Assembly: GCA_963816145.1 (NCBI GenBank)
Contig: CAWFJP010000014.1
Location: 384,001 to 448,000, forward strand
DNA: 64,000 nt
Direction of reading: 5' to 3'
From: an uncultured delta proteobacterium
GTDB lineage: Bacteria; Desulfobacterota; Binatia; UBA9968
In this document: piece after piece, positions 30,407 through 40,994 of the stretch
Numbering within the stretch: position 1 is the stretch's first letter
How the letters are laid out: every line of letters starts with the position of its first letter
Notes under the pieces: model-generated
Told to the model about the DNA's origin: nothing
The model's database searches: none
The model's input: the letters and a program-made list of their open reading frames with translations, nothing else
Position numbers and translations under genes: made by a program

Positions 30407-30808
30407 TTATTTCCCGACACCACCGACGGTCAGCGATAAGACCGTATCCTTTTCTTGCTTGCTGATGCCGATGAGCACAGACTTGCCATCTTTGCTGTAG
30501 GCGAGCACGGCGCCGCCGCTGACCAGGTTCATGCTCTCCTGCCAGCCTCGGGCTGGCAATTCCTTTTTGTAAAACTCGACGAGCTTGGCGCTCTCCATGT
30601 TGCCATGAAAGCTCGCTTGGCCCGCGCCAAAACCGAAGATAGAGATTTCCACCGGCTTCTCTGCGTCTTTCTTCATGGCGCTCGGCACAGGCAGGATTGC
30701 GCCCGCGACGGTCTCATCGCGGGGGCCGGCGCAGGCGCTTGCCAGCATCAACAGCAGAAGCACAGCGAATGAAGAACCAGCGCGAACTGAGTTAAATGCC
30801 CCACGCAT
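30407..30808 (-). CDS. Hypothetical lipoprotein
   Basis: Lipobox ASAC; VEFYKKELPARGW motif. Confidence 0.65.
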   Translation of the reverse strand: MRGAFNSVRAGSSFAVLLLLMLASACAGPRDETVAGAILPVPSAMKKDAEKPVEISIFGFGAGQASFHGNMESAKLVEFYKKELPARGWQESMNLVSGGAVLAYSKDGKSVLIGISKQEKDTVLSLTVGGVGK

Positions 30809-30842
30809 GGGATCTCCAAAGGAACCTTTGAGTACTGGCATC

Positions 30843-32018
30843 CTACGTATCGGATTGGGGCGGCACCGGCAGGCCGAGAAAAAACCAGCTAATTAGCACG
30901 CCGACGCCGATCAATTCCGGCAGCGCCGGTGAAATATGGATCAAAGCGCCGCCAAGCATGCCACCGAGGGACGAGCCGATGAAGCCAAAGGAGTTATAGA
31001 CGCCGCTCGCCGTGCCGCGTCCGGCGGCGGGCACTTGCTGGGTTAGAAATGTCGGCAGTATCGGCTGGTAGATGCTGTAGCCAAGGAAAAATGCCGCGCC
31101 GCTGACGTAGAGCAACAGCTCGTATTGCGCGCCGAAAAGGTAAATCGCGTAGCCTACGGTGGCGCTAAGCCAGCCGATCATGATCGGCCGGCGAAACCGT
31201 CCAGCTTTCTCGGCACGCCGCATGTAGGGGAAGACCAGTAGGACGCTGGGCGAGAATATAATCAAGTAGACCTTCCAGAGCTGGGCTTTGTCGAAGCCAA
31301 CCTCGGTCCAACTCAATGGATAGGTGAAAAAAAACAGATTGAGTGCGAACGACAGCACGAACGTCGCGATGAAAATCGGTCGCAATCGCGCTTGGGCGAG
31401 GACGGATTTGAATCCCATCGGCGATTCGGACCCGGTGCGCGGTTGCTCCAGTGGGAACGAAGTGGCGGTTAAAACCATCGAGAGAAATCCCAGGGCGGCC
31501 AATAGATAAAACAAACCGTTAAGACCGATTTTCGCGGCAAGAAACGGCCCGGCCAGCAGGCCGATCATGAACGACGCGCCGATGGCGATCCCGGTGATCG
31601 TGTAGGCTTGGGCGCGCACGCTCGGTCGGGTGAGATCGGCGAGCACGGCGAAGGCAACCGCGCCCACAGCGCCGGTCCCTTGGAGCGCCCGCGCCAGAAT
31701 CAGTCCGTAAATGTCGTGCGCCCAAGCGCAACCGACGCTGCCCAAAGTAAACAGCAGCAGACCAGCCAGCAGGACCGGTTTGCGTCCCCAGCGGTCGCTG
31801 GCCCACCCTAAGGGAATTTGAAAGAAGCATTGCACCAGCGCGTAAATGCCGAAGGCGACACCAGCCAAAGCGGGCGACGCGCCCGGGTAGCGCACCGCGT
31901 AGGCGCTGAAGATCGGCAGCATGAGGAAGATTCCAAGCAGCCGCAGGGCGGAGATCAGGCTAACGGTAATGACCGGCGCGATCTCTGCGCGAGTGAAGGA
32001 GTTGGAACTGTCAGCCAA
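30843..32018 (-). CDS. MFS transporter (YajR-like)
   Basis: LRLLGIFLMLP, FQIPLGWASDRWGRKPV, RALQGTGAVG. Confidence 0.88.
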   Translation of the reverse strand: MADSSNSFTRAEIAPVITVSLISALRLLGIFLMLPIFSAYAVRYPGASPALAGVAFGIYALVQCFFQIPLGWASDRWGRKPVLLAGLLLFTLGSVGCAWAHDIYGLILARALQGTGAVGAVAFAVLADLTRPSVRAQAYTITGIAIGASFMIGLLAGPFLAAKIGLNGLFYLLAALGFLSMVLTATSFPLEQPRTGSESPMGFKSVLAQARLRPIFIATFVLSFALNLFFFTYPLSWTEVGFDKAQLWKVYLIIFSPSVLLVFPYMRRAEKAGRFRRPIMIGWLSATVGYAIYLFGAQYELLLYVSGAAFFLGYSIYQPILPTFLTQQVPAAGRGTASGVYNSFGFIGSSLGGMLGGALIHISPALPELIGVGVLISWFFLGLPVPPQSDT

Positions 32019-32127
32019 TGTGAAGCGTGGTCTCCGATGCCGTTGGAATAGACCGTTAAATTACATGCTTTGCCGGAAATAGGAAGAGGCTGAGGTCGGA
32101 TGCTGTGCCGTAAAGTGAAGAGGGTTG

Positions 32128-32207
32128 TCACCACGAAGACACGAAGAGCGCGAAGTTCGGAAAAGTATTCATCCGAAACCTTCGTGCCCTTCGTACCTTC
32201 GTGGTAA
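32128..32207. repeat. Gene-less CACGAAG 9-mer inverted-array element
   Basis: TCACCACGAAGACACGAAGAGCGCGAAG ... CTTCGTGCCCTTCGTACCTTCGTGGTAA. Confidence 0.9.
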
Positions 32208-32218
32208 GTCCCGTGATT

Positions 32219-33109
32219 TCATGACGTCGCAGCCGTTGCTGTAATTCTGGTAGCCACGCGTGGTGTTATGCCCAGGTCGATGCCTTCGCTGTCGAAGGCT
32301 TTCTTCAGGCGGCGGCGGTATTCGCGGCCGACGGCGTATTGCTGCGAGGGTAGAGTTTTGAAGCGGGCTTTGATGATTAAGGTAGTGTCGGTGAAGTTGT
32401 CGACGCCGAAAATTTCGATGGGCTCGATCATGGCGCGGGCGTACTCGGGTTCTTTGCGCATCTCCTCGGCGACCCGTTGCATGACGGCGACGACCCGGTC
32501 GGTGTCTTCTTTGTATGACACCGCTATGTCGATCACATATGCCGACCAGTCCATGGTTGCGTTGGCCAACGTGGTGATCGACCCATTGGGAAAGACATGG
32601 ACGACGCCGGCTTGATCGCGCAGCACCACGGTGCGAAAGGTGACCGATTCAACCACCCCGCCGGTGCCGTTGACGATGGCGATGTCGCCTACGCGAATCT
32701 GATTTTCCAGCAATAGAAAAAATCCGCTGACCAAATCACGCACCAAATGCTGGGCACCAAAGCCGACGGCCAGGCCGACGACACCGGCGCCCGCCAGGAT
32801 CGGCCCGATGTTGACGCCGATCTGACTCAGCGCGATCAAGACCACGACAAACCACAGCAGGCCGCTGCTGATGGTCCAGAGCACGCCCAACAAAGTCTTG
32901 ATGCGTTTCGCGACCGCACCTAGGTCGGGTTCTCCGTGGCCGGTGTTACGGATCAAGAACGCTTCGAGTTTGGTTACGCCGGTGCGCAGCAGCTTGACCA
33001 AGATGTAGGCTAGGGCAACGATCAGTACGATGCGTACCAGCCCCTGCAGCGTGTTGACGCCGAGAGTCATGATTCTAGCGAGGAAAGTTTCCCAAGTGTT
33101 TGGCGACAT
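32219..33109 (-). CDS. Small-conductance mechanosensitive channel (MscS/YbiO-like)
   Basis: ILAGAGVVGLAVGFGAQHLVRDLVSG, ENQIRVGD, FPNGSI. Confidence 0.92.
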   Translation of the reverse strand: MSPNTWETFLARIMTLGVNTLQGLVRIVLIVALAYILVKLLRTGVTKLEAFLIRNTGHGEPDLGAVAKRIKTLLGVLWTISSGLLWFVVVLIALSQIGVNIGPILAGAGVVGLAVGFGAQHLVRDLVSGFFLLLENQIRVGDIAIVNGTGGVVESVTFRTVVLRDQAGVVHVFPNGSITTLANATMDWSAYVIDIAVSYKEDTDRVVAVMQRVAEEMRKEPEYARAMIEPIEIFGVDNFTDTTLIIKARFKTLPSQQYAVGREYRRRLKKAFDSEGIDLGITPRVATRITATAATS

Positions 33110-33348
33110 GATGGATCCTCCTTATTGATCGCTTTTTCAGCGGTTGTCGCAGGAATTCAGTGAAGTTGCTAGATCGACGTACATACTGAGCGACAAATAT
33201 TTTCTTGACTTGAACCGGCGCTGGGATAAGTTGCGGCAAAATAGCACGTCGAGAGGAACGCTGTTCAAAAATTCAAGGTTTAGGAATTCGGATGAATGTC
33301 CGCAAATTATCGCCGTGGGATTCTTGGATTGCGATTTGCGCCTAGGAG

Positions 33349-34404
33349 TTGTCGATGCAATTCGGTAGTGGCTCAATGACGTTTTACAGACCGACTCCAA
33401 CGAGCGTCCATGACCGACTGAAAGGTCCCGCGAGAATCATGCTTTTGCTCCTTCTGTCGTTGCTGTTTTTGTACCCGGTTTTGGCACAAGCGCAATCGGG
33501 GACCAAGAAAGTCCGTATCGCTCTGCCGACCAAGAGCGTGTCGTTTCTGGCGTTCTATGTCGCCCATCGCAAAGGTTACTATCGCGACGAGGGGATCGAT
33601 CTGGAACCGATCCTGATGCAACCATCACTGGCGAGCACGGCGGTATTGACCGGCGATCTCGACTACAATGGCGCTGTGACCGGCGTGATCGGCGCAGCAG
33701 TGGCCGGGCGGCCGATGAAGGCGGTGCTGTTTACCGTCGCGCGTCCGTTGCAATACCTGATGAGCAAAAAAGAGCTGAAAGACCCGCGCGAACTCAAGGG
33801 CAAGAAAATCGCCGGTAGCTCTCCCGGCGGTACAGTGACATTTCTCACCAAGCTGGTGCTGAAAAATTACGGTCTCGACGTCGAGCGAGACGTTTTCCTC
33901 AATCCGATGGGCGGCACTGGAGCCAGCCGTTTGGCTGCCTTGGAGTCCGGCGTAGTCGACGCGGTGATCCTCGAAAGCCCCGACAATATTCTCGCTCAGC
34001 AAAAAGGTTTTCGCGAACTGATCTTTTTCGGTGATTCCATCGAATTCCCGCAGAATGGCTTCGGCACATCGGAAAAAAAGCTCAAGGAAAATCCCGACGA
34101 GGTATTCAAGATGGTGCGCGCCACGTTGCGCGGCTTGATGTTTAGTTGGGACAAAAAGAATCGCGACCAGGTCCTCGACATCATCATGCGCGAGATGAAA
34201 CCGATCGCGCCGGCGATGGCCAATGAATCCTTCGAGCAGATCATGCGCGTGATCACCAAGGACGGTTCGGTCAAAGCCGAGTCGATCCAAGTGCTCATCG
34301 ATTTGGTGCGCGAAAACGCCAAGGTGACCCGGCCAGTGACGGTCAACCAAGTCGTCGATTTCTCGTTTCTTGAGAAAGCGCAGAAGGAGTTGGGGTTGCG
34401 TTGA
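33349..34404 (+). CDS. ABC substrate-binding protein (NMT1/SsuA-like); likely start 33439
   Basis: Signal peptide; YVAHRKGYYRDEGIDLE, ELKGKKIA, ALESGVVDA. Confidence 0.85.
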   Translation: MSMQFGSGSMTFYRPTPTSVHDRLKGPARIMLLLLLSLLFLYPVLAQAQSGTKKVRIALPTKSVSFLAFYVAHRKGYYRDEGIDLEPILMQPSLASTAVLTGDLDYNGAVTGVIGAAVAGRPMKAVLFTVARPLQYLMSKKELKDPRELKGKKIAGSSPGGTVTFLTKLVLKNYGLDVERDVFLNPMGGTGASRLAALESGVVDAVILESPDNILAQQKGFRELIFFGDSIEFPQNGFGTSEKKLKENPDEVFKMVRATLRGLMFSWDKKNRDQVLDIIMREMKPIAPAMANESFEQIMRVITKDGSVKAESIQVLIDLVRENAKVTRPVTVNQVVDFSFLEKAQKELGLR

Positions 34405-34453
34405 GACGTCGCAGCGCTGGGCTGTATGCAAAGATTAACATCGCTGGCTGCAA

Positions 34454-35236
34454 CTAACCATCTACGATTTGTCTTGCGCTCATGAGATGCGGATCGTCGT
34501 GAATCATGCGCGCGAAGTTGGCGTGAACGATCCGAGTGATTTCTGCCGACGTTGAATCCCGCAGCGTTGCCACAGTGTTAACGACGTCGGTAATCGCCAG
34601 TGGCATACCCACCTCGTCGTTCTTTTTCAGCCACTTCAGTGCGCCGGGATTATCCGTCTCGGTTAGCAGCAGACGAGCCGGTATCGCTCGCGCGATCTGT
34701 TTGATGTAGTCGGAGTAGAGCACTTCGACACCGATGGTGAAGTAACAGCCGAAGTCGATCATCGCATTGAGAATATCCATCGGGCCGGAGTACCAGTGGA
34801 TGATGGCGCGGCGGACGTTATACTTTACCAGTAAGTCGAGAATTTCCTTCTCGCCGGCTTTGGTGTGAAGATTGACGAATTTGTTCTGCTCGCCTGCCGC
34901 GGCGATGAAATATTCCAGGACTTTTCGTTGTGCGGGATAAGTGCCGGTGTCTTTGACCCAGTGAAAATCGAGACCGATCTCGCCGATGGCCGGGCTCATA
35001 TCGATGTAGCGGCGGAGTTCCGGTAAACGATCCGCGTAATCGGCGGCGCGTCGGGGATGGACGCCGAAGGTTGGCAGAACCAGCGCGGAACGTTTGCCGA
35101 TTTCTTGCAGCTCCAGGTAGGAAGGCAGATCCATCGCCGTGGCGACTGTAAAGATTTGCTGGCTTTCGATCTCTTGCAGCGCGCGGTCCAGTAAATCGCC
35201 GTACTTGTCTAAATGAACATGGGCGTCGATGAGCAT
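34454..35236 (-). CDS. TatD family hydrolase
   Basis: MLIDAHVHLD, GVHP, AIGEIGLDF, LHTK, IHWYSG, LLTETD. Confidence 0.92.
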   Translation of the reverse strand: MLIDAHVHLDKYGDLLDRALQEIESQQIFTVATAMDLPSYLELQEIGKRSALVLPTFGVHPRRAADYADRLPELRRYIDMSPAIGEIGLDFHWVKDTGTYPAQRKVLEYFIAAAGEQNKFVNLHTKAGEKEILDLLVKYNVRRAIIHWYSGPMDILNAMIDFGCYFTIGVEVLYSDYIKQIARAIPARLLLTETDNPGALKWLKKNDEVGMPLAITDVVNTVATLRDSTSAEITRIVHANFARMIHDDPHLMSARQIVDG

Positions 35237-35268
35237 AGTTGGTTCCGTTTCTGGGGAAGTGAGTTTAA

Positions 35269-35423
35269 GTCATGCCCGCGCTATCGTCACCCCGGTGAAA
35301 ACCGGGGTCCATCCCATCCCGAAAATCTGGATACCGTTTTTCAACGGTATGACGAACTCTGTCCGTCGCCTGATTCCCGCTTTCGCCGGAATGACGATAA
35401 TGTGAAAGTCGACTGCCAGTCGA
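35269..35423. repeat. Nested REP-like GTCA(T/C)CCC doublets with GTCGAC tail
   Basis: gtcatgcccgcg, gtcaccccggtgaaaaccggggtcc, ggataccg...cggtatgac, gattcccgctttcgccggaatgac, gtcgactgccagtcga. Confidence 0.75.
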
Positions 35424-35594
35424 TGCCCCTGTAAATCTTCGGTTTGTAGCCGAAAGTTGCGTAACGTCAGCGACGATCATAGTTCTCGCCATTCTCCACC
35501 GCAAGCAGGTTGTTTGAACTTGAGGCTGCCTAGGGCTGCGTGTATCATCCGGCGATATCTCGGTGTAGCGAGTTGGCTCTAAGCAAAATTTGAG

Positions 35595-36563
35595 GTGCGA
35601 AATTTCATGAACGTTGTCATTGTTCTCTTGATTTTATTGGGTTTGACGGTGCCGGCCCACGCGCGCAAAGTATCGGTCGGCATTCCGGTGGTCGACGTGT
35701 CGCAGAGCGTGCTGTATGTTGCGCGCGACCGCGGTTACTTCCAGAAGGAAGGGCTCGAAGTCGAGCTGGTGTTGATGCGTGGCGGAGTGGCGAACCAGGC
35801 TTTGATCACCGGCAATGTCGATTTCACCACAGTGCCGACGGCGGCGCTGCAAGCGGGTTTGCAAGGCGCGCCGGTGAAGGTGTTGCTCAGCACCTTTCAC
35901 AAGCCGATGTTCTGGCTTTACTCGCGCCAGGCGATTCGCGCGCCCAAGGATCTGAGCGGCAAGAAGGTCGCGGTGTCGAGCTTGGGCGCGGCGGGAGATT
36001 CGGCGTTGCGCGAGTGGCTCAAGAAAAACGGCATGGACGAGAATCGCGAAGTGGCGATCCTCGCGATCGGCACCACCGCGACGCGCCTGGGTTCGCTGTC
36101 CACCGGCGTCGTCGACGCGGCGATGATGACTTTTCCGCATAACATCACCGCTGCCGAGCAGGGCTTTCGCGAGCTGGTGTCGTTTATCGCCTCGGATATC
36201 ATTCAACTCCAAGGCGCCATCGTCACGCGTGACGGCTTGTTGCAATCCGATCCTGTCATGGTCGAGAAGTTTCTCCGGGCGACAATCCGCGGGCTGATTT
36301 ATTATTCGACCAATCGCAGCGGCGCGGTGCCGATCCTGGCGCGCAACGCCAAGTCGTCGGAAGATTTAGCCGGCAAAGTTTATGATTTGGTCAAGCCGGC
36401 GCTGACCCCGGACGGAATTTTGAACGACGATTTGCAGCGGCGGGTGATGAGTCCGCTGTTGGAGCGGGTTGGGCGCAAGGATATTTCGATCGGCAGATTT
36501 TTTGACTTCGCTATGGCCCGGAAGATTCATGCGGAGCTGAAGGCGGAGAAATGGAAGCCGTAA
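35595..36563 (+). CDS. ABC substrate-binding protein (NMT1/SsuA-like)
   Basis: Signal peptide; YVARDRGYFQKEGLEVE, DLSGKKVAVS. Confidence 0.85.
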   Translation: MRNFMNVVIVLLILLGLTVPAHARKVSVGIPVVDVSQSVLYVARDRGYFQKEGLEVELVLMRGGVANQALITGNVDFTTVPTAALQAGLQGAPVKVLLSTFHKPMFWLYSRQAIRAPKDLSGKKVAVSSLGAAGDSALREWLKKNGMDENREVAILAIGTTATRLGSLSTGVVDAAMMTFPHNITAAEQGFRELVSFIASDIIQLQGAIVTRDGLLQSDPVMVEKFLRATIRGLIYYSTNRSGAVPILARNAKSSEDLAGKVYDLVKPALTPDGILNDDLQRRVMSPLLERVGRKDISIGRFFDFAMARKIHAELKAEKWKP

Positions 36564-36647
36564 AAATCAGTTCCAACCGTTCCAAAGGTTCCAGAAGTTT
36601 CAACCGTTCCGAACCTTTGCGATTGTGGCGCGTCGGTTGAGGGCCGG

Positions 36648-37925
36648 TCAACGCAGAGTCTTGAGTCTTTCTTTCCAGTGCTCTTGCCAGTCGGCGCCGG
36701 GGGCGAGGACTTCGGACTCGACGGTGAGCTGCGGGAAGCGGTTGGCGTTCGGCTCGCGGATCACGTGCGGCCCTTCGCGGCCGGCTTCGACGTCGCGGAT
36801 CGCCCGCAAGAGCTGGCGGCGCGCGACGATGATCGCTTTGTCGCTGGGTCCTAAGAATTCTTTGCTGCGGTCGACGATTTCGCCGCAGCCTTCGACGATG
36901 GCGACGTCATGCACGTTGAAGATCCGCCCCATGCCCGAGAAACTCCAAGTCTTCATCGCCTCGCGGTCCTGCAGATAGCGGTTAGCCTTATTGCGTTTGG
37001 GCCGGTAGTCGGGGCCGAGCTCGTCCAAGATTTCTCGATCGCGCTCGATGTCGCGCGGTTCCATGGGCGCGCTGCGGCGAAACACGAAGTCGTAGCGCCA
37101 ATGGTGCGTGTCGTCGATGGGGACATGCCAATAAAGATTGTAGCCGTCGCCGGACATCGGTCCCGGGATCGTCGCCTTGTTGGGAAAGACGAAGTTGGTC
37201 ACGCGAAAAAACGTCCGGCCGTCGACATCGCGCAGCGAGAAGATACGCACGCCATAGTCGGTCTCTTCGGCGTCGATGCGCGGCGCCATGTCGGCGTCAT
37301 AGAGCGCCAGCGGCAGCTTACCGTCGGTGCCGGTCACGGTACGTTTCAAATTATCCGGCACGTTGGCTTGGCGGTGTAGATAGGAAACATGGCTCGGATC
37401 GAGATTGCCTTCGTTGGCCTGAAAGAAATTGCACTCATGATAAAATTTGGAGACCAACACATGGCCCGCTGGCGCGACTAGCGGTTCGTAGTCGGGTAGG
37501 AGCGGCGGTTCGCCCGGTCCCATGTAGGCGAAGACAACGCCGGCGCGCTCCTGGCACGGGTAGGCGGGGTGGTGCACTTTTTCGCAGAAGCGCCGGTCCG
37601 GCGGCTCGCAGGGCTGCTCGATGCAACGGCCTTGGCGGTCGAACAACCAGCCATGATACAGACAGCGCAGGCCGCCATTTTCTACTCGCCCGTAGCTCAA
37701 GTCGGCGCGCCGGTGTGAGCAGTATTGGCCGATCAAACCGAGTTGGCCGTCGTCGCCGCGGAACAGCACCAGATCTTCACTCATGATCCTGACCGGCAGC
37801 GGCGCACCGTCGCTCGGCAATTCTTTGACAAGGGCGACCGGGTGCCAATAGCGGCGTAACAAATTTCCTCCCGGCGTGCCGGCGCCGGTATTAGTGAGCA
37901 AGGCATTTTCTTCTGGAGACAGCAT
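36648..37925 (-). CDS. Rieske aromatic ring-hydroxylating oxygenase alpha subunit (phthalate 4,5-dioxygenase/LigX-like)
   Basis: CSHRRADL...CLYHGW Rieske motif; EGNLDPSHVSYLH mononuclear Fe motif; HVPIDD. Confidence 0.9.
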   Translation of the reverse strand: MLSPEENALLTNTGAGTPGGNLLRRYWHPVALVKELPSDGAPLPVRIMSEDLVLFRGDDGQLGLIGQYCSHRRADLSYGRVENGGLRCLYHGWLFDRQGRCIEQPCEPPDRRFCEKVHHPAYPCQERAGVVFAYMGPGEPPLLPDYEPLVAPAGHVLVSKFYHECNFFQANEGNLDPSHVSYLHRQANVPDNLKRTVTGTDGKLPLALYDADMAPRIDAEETDYGVRIFSLRDVDGRTFFRVTNFVFPNKATIPGPMSGDGYNLYWHVPIDDTHHWRYDFVFRRSAPMEPRDIERDREILDELGPDYRPKRNKANRYLQDREAMKTWSFSGMGRIFNVHDVAIVEGCGEIVDRSKEFLGPSDKAIIVARRQLLRAIRDVEAGREGPHVIREPNANRFPQLTVESEVLAPGADWQEHWKERLKTLR

Positions 37926-38066
37926 CTTGTTATTTTGGATTCTCGATTTTGGATTTTGGATTGACAGAGTGGTTTTATCACTATCTGCACGTTGGCGGCA
38001 ATCCCCAGTTGACGGGTGATCATGGCCCGTGGTTACTTACGAAGAATATGCTACCGGAGGTACATT

Positions 38067-38778
38067 ATGCCTAACAATTGGGAGACGGTAAGAGTTGATA
38101 ACAGTGACATGCCGCTTTACGTCAATTTACCCGCGAGCGAACGCACCGTGCCGGGGATCATCGTCGTTCACGGGCGCTCGGGCCTGGAGGATTTTATCAA
38201 AGATACCACCAAGATGTTCGCGCAGCTGGGGTACGCGGCGGTGGCGCCGAGCCTTTATCATCGCGACGGACCGGACTGCAAAGACGACAACGAAACGCGC
38301 AAGGCGCGCCTGCGCGACCCGTCGATCATTCGCGACATCGAAGGCGCCATCGGCTTTCTCAAAAATCATATACAGGTCGACGGCAGCCGGTTGGGCATCG
38401 TCGGCTTCTGCATGGGCGGACGGTTGGTCTATCTCTTGTCGGCGGCGAGCAAGGACTTGAAAGCCGGCGTGATGTTTTACGGCAGCAGCACGATGGTGCC
38501 CTACGGTGAAGGCGGACCGACACCCTTCGACCGCACCCGCGAAATCAATTGTCCGATCCAGGGCCACTTCGGCGCCGAGGATCAAAATCCGTCGCCGGAG
38601 GACATGCGTAAACTCGACGCCGAACTGACCAAGTTCGGCAAGCCGCACGAGTTTCACGCCTACGCCGGCGCGGCGCACGCCTTCGTCAACTCCGGATCGA
38701 GAAATTACCGCCCCCACGCCGCGGCGCTTTCGTGGCCCAAGGCGATGGAGTTTTTCGCCCGGCATCTGGTCGGGATAG
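38067..38778 (+). CDS. Dienelactone hydrolase family protein (true stop probably TAG ~38776; ORF-track extension runs into a repeat)
   Basis: GIVGFCMGG nucleophile motif, GHFGAED, YAGAAHAF, W...FF..HL end. Confidence 0.88.
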
Positions 38779-38920
38779 TCCATGGCCGAGTTTCAGTCGT
38801 TCAAAAGGTTCAAGCCGTTCAAATCGTTTGGATGGGTTCGCGTGCACAACTGATGTCATTCTTAGGCTTGACACTTCTATGGCGTTTGGCGCAAATATGC
38901 TTCATTAAAAGGAGGTCTTT

Positions 38921-39358
38921 ATGGGACAACTCAAAATCGAGGGCGTGACACATTGGTCGATTCCGGTGAACAATTTGGACGAGTCGGAGAAATTTTATGG
39001 CGATCTGTTGGGGCTCAAGCATCTCGGCCGGCTCGGCAATTCGGGCATGTCTTGCTTCAACGTCGGCGACCACAACATTTTGCTCTGTGAGCGTTCCAAG
39101 GACGTCGACAAGGCCCACGTCGAGGAACGCAACGTGCATCACTCGTTTACGGTGGCGCCGGAGACGATTCCCCAGGCGTGCAAAATTTTCAAGGAAAAGA
39201 ACGTGAAGATCGAGGAGCTTTATTATCGCAAGGGCGGCTACTTCCCAGGGCGGGAGCTCTATTTCTTCGATCCCAGCGGCAATCGTTTGGAACTGCGCGA
39301 CCCGACTTGGAAGGCCGGGATGCCGGAGCCTTCTTATGACGAAGTCGCTAATGGGTAG
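38921..39358 (+). CDS. VOC/glyoxalase family protein
   Basis: HWSIPVNNLDESEKFYGDLLGL ... YFFDPSGNRLEL; AGGAGG RBS. Confidence 0.88.
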   Translation: MGQLKIEGVTHWSIPVNNLDESEKFYGDLLGLKHLGRLGNSGMSCFNVGDHNILLCERSKDVDKAHVEERNVHHSFTVAPETIPQACKIFKEKNVKIEELYYRKGGYFPGRELYFFDPSGNRLELRDPTWKAGMPEPSYDEVANG

Positions 39359-39370
39359 CAGATAGCGTTG

Positions 39371-39479
39371 GTTCCAATCGTTCCAGCAGTTCCACGGGTT
39401 CCAGATTCGGTTATGAATTCGCGGGAAATCCCGGGGTGGTCACGATTGGAACGGCTGGAACAATTGGAACGTTTGGAAC
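39371..39479. repeat. Palindromic GTTCCA/TGGAAC 9-mer array
   Basis: gttccaatc-gttccagca-gttccacgg-gttccag ... gattggaac-ggctggaac-aattggaac-gtttggaac. Confidence 0.85.
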
Positions 39480-39595
39480 CGTCCAATTGCTCCAGCCGTT
39501 TGCGCTAACGCTTCTGTCAACTACTTCTTAACCGGCTCGGGGACGCCGGGCAGCTTGGTTTTCTCGTTGTAATATTCTGCGGAGAATTCCGGTTT
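39442..39595 (-). repeat. 154-bp direct repeat of 48064-48217 (remnant 3' end of enoyl-CoA hydratase plus downstream DNA)
   Basis: Encodes KPEFSAEYYNEKTKLPGVPEPVKK* versus KPEFSQEYYNEKTKLPGVPEPVKK*. Confidence 0.92.
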
Positions 39596-39681
39596 AGCTC
39601 CAAGCGACGAATACCTTTGCGCCTTTGTCGCAGTCTTCGCTGTTTCCGTTCGTTCGATATACAAGCTTGGGTGTGACCACC

Positions 39682-39718
39682 GTAGACTTTTCACTACTAG
39701 GGGTAGAGGAAAGACTAC
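39682..39718. promoter_or_regulatory. Putative enhancer: two GTAG-N8-CTAC boxes 21 bp apart
   Basis: gtagacttttcactac (39682-39697) and gtagaggaaagactac (39703-39718). Confidence 0.55.
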
Positions 39719-39819
39719 CCTGTGGTCGACACTTTGCCCCTCTCTTGCGGTACCTCGCCAGCGGCGGTTCTTCTGTTCGCATAACCATTTACGCACGCGG
39801 AGTGTCACGCCGGCATTCG

Positions 39820-39835
39820 TGGCATGGCCATTGCG
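39820..39835 (+). promoter_or_regulatory. Sigma-54 promoter
   Basis: TGGCATGGCCATTGCG fits TGGCA-N6-TTGC; 50 nt upstream of the ATG at 39885. Confidence 0.7.
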
Positions 39836-39884
39836 CTATGCTTGCGTCAGCCCCTACACTCGTTTTTTTCCAGAAGATGGAAAT

Positions 39885-40994
39885 ATGGCACCTGCTGAAC
39901 AGATCAAACTCAAACGTTCGGGTCTTGGCTTACGCGCGTGTGATGCCGAGCGCGCCTGTCCTGGATTTACATTGTTCGCTCCACTAAGTGACGGAGGCAA
40001 GATTTATCTGATCGACATCGATGGCAAGGTCGTTCACACCTGGCAGATGCCTTATCCTCCGGGTAACTACGGTTATCTGACCGAGCGGGGAACCCTTTTT
40101 TACAATGGCAAGATCGCCGAGGATTCGACTCGATTTATCGACCGGCAACCGTGGAAAGGCGGTGCCGCGCTCGAAGCCGATTGGAATGGGCGCGTCTTGT
40201 GGGAAGTACGCCATTCCGATCACCATCACGACGGCATACTATTGCAGAACGGGAATGTATTGCTCCTTTGCCTGGCACGGCTGCCGCAAGATTTCGTTTC
40301 GAAGATAAAGGGCGGCATGGCGGCCACCGAGCACGGCGGCGAGATGTACGCGGATTATCTCGTTGAGATGACGGTTGAAGGCCGAATCATTTGGGAATGG
40401 CGGAGTTGGGAGCATCTCGATCCAGAAATCGACGTAATCACTGCAGCGCAAGAGCGGCGCGACGAGTGGACGCATGGAAATGGCGTGGCGGAATTGCCGA
40501 ATGGCGACATCGTTGTGAGCTTTCGCACGATTTCGACGGTCATCATCATTGACAGAAAGACCGGAAAGATTGTTTGGAAGCTCGGAGCGCCGCCTTTAGC
40601 TGGCCAACACGCGCCGACGCCGCTGCCGAACGGCAACCTTTTACTTTTCGACAACGGCCCGCACCGTCTCGATCACCCGATGCCATTCTCACGGGTCATT
40701 GAAGTCGAATTGTCGACGAAGCAAATCGTTTGGAAGTATCAAGAGAAAAGAGTCAGCGATTTTTTCAGTCCGAGGATTTCAAACGCGCAGCGACTGCCTA
40801 ACGGCAACACGTTGATTTGCGAGGGGTACTTTGGACGGTTGTTTGAGGTCACGACGGACGGAGAACTGGTTTGGGAATATGTCAATCCCTACTTCGGTGA
40901 AGACCGCGCTGGGTCGAACAATCGCGTATTCCGTGCGTATCGATACGGCGCCGACGAAATTGCCAGAGCCAAAGCGACGGGAGGTGCGGCATGA
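39885..40994 (+). CDS. Aryl-sulfate sulfotransferase (ASST) family protein
   Basis: GFTLFAP, HHHD, WTHGNG, GQHAP, LLFDNG, ISNAQRLPNGNTLICEG, VWEYVNP, VFRAYRY. Confidence 0.88.
   Translation: MAPAEQIKLKRSGLGLRACDAERACPGFTLFAPLSDGGKIYLIDIDGKVVHTWQMPYPPGNYGYLTERGTLFYNGKIAEDSTRFIDRQPWKGGAALEADWNGRVLWEVRHSDHHHDGILLQNGNVLLLCLARLPQDFVSKIKGGMAATEHGGEMYADYLVEMTVEGRIIWEWRSWEHLDPEIDVITAAQERRDEWTHGNGVAELPNGDIVVSFRTISTVIIIDRKTGKIVWKLGAPPLAGQHAPTPLPNGNLLLFDNGPHRLDHPMPFSRVIEVELSTKQIVWKYQEKRVSDFFSPRISNAQRLPNGNTLICEGYFGRLFEVTTDGELVWEYVNPYFGEDRAGSNNRVFRAYRYGADEIARAKATGGAA

Noticed and set aside
39371-39479. GTTCCA arrays as a CRISPR array
   Set aside because: The units are 9 nt with no spacers, the arms are inverted, and there are no cas genes.
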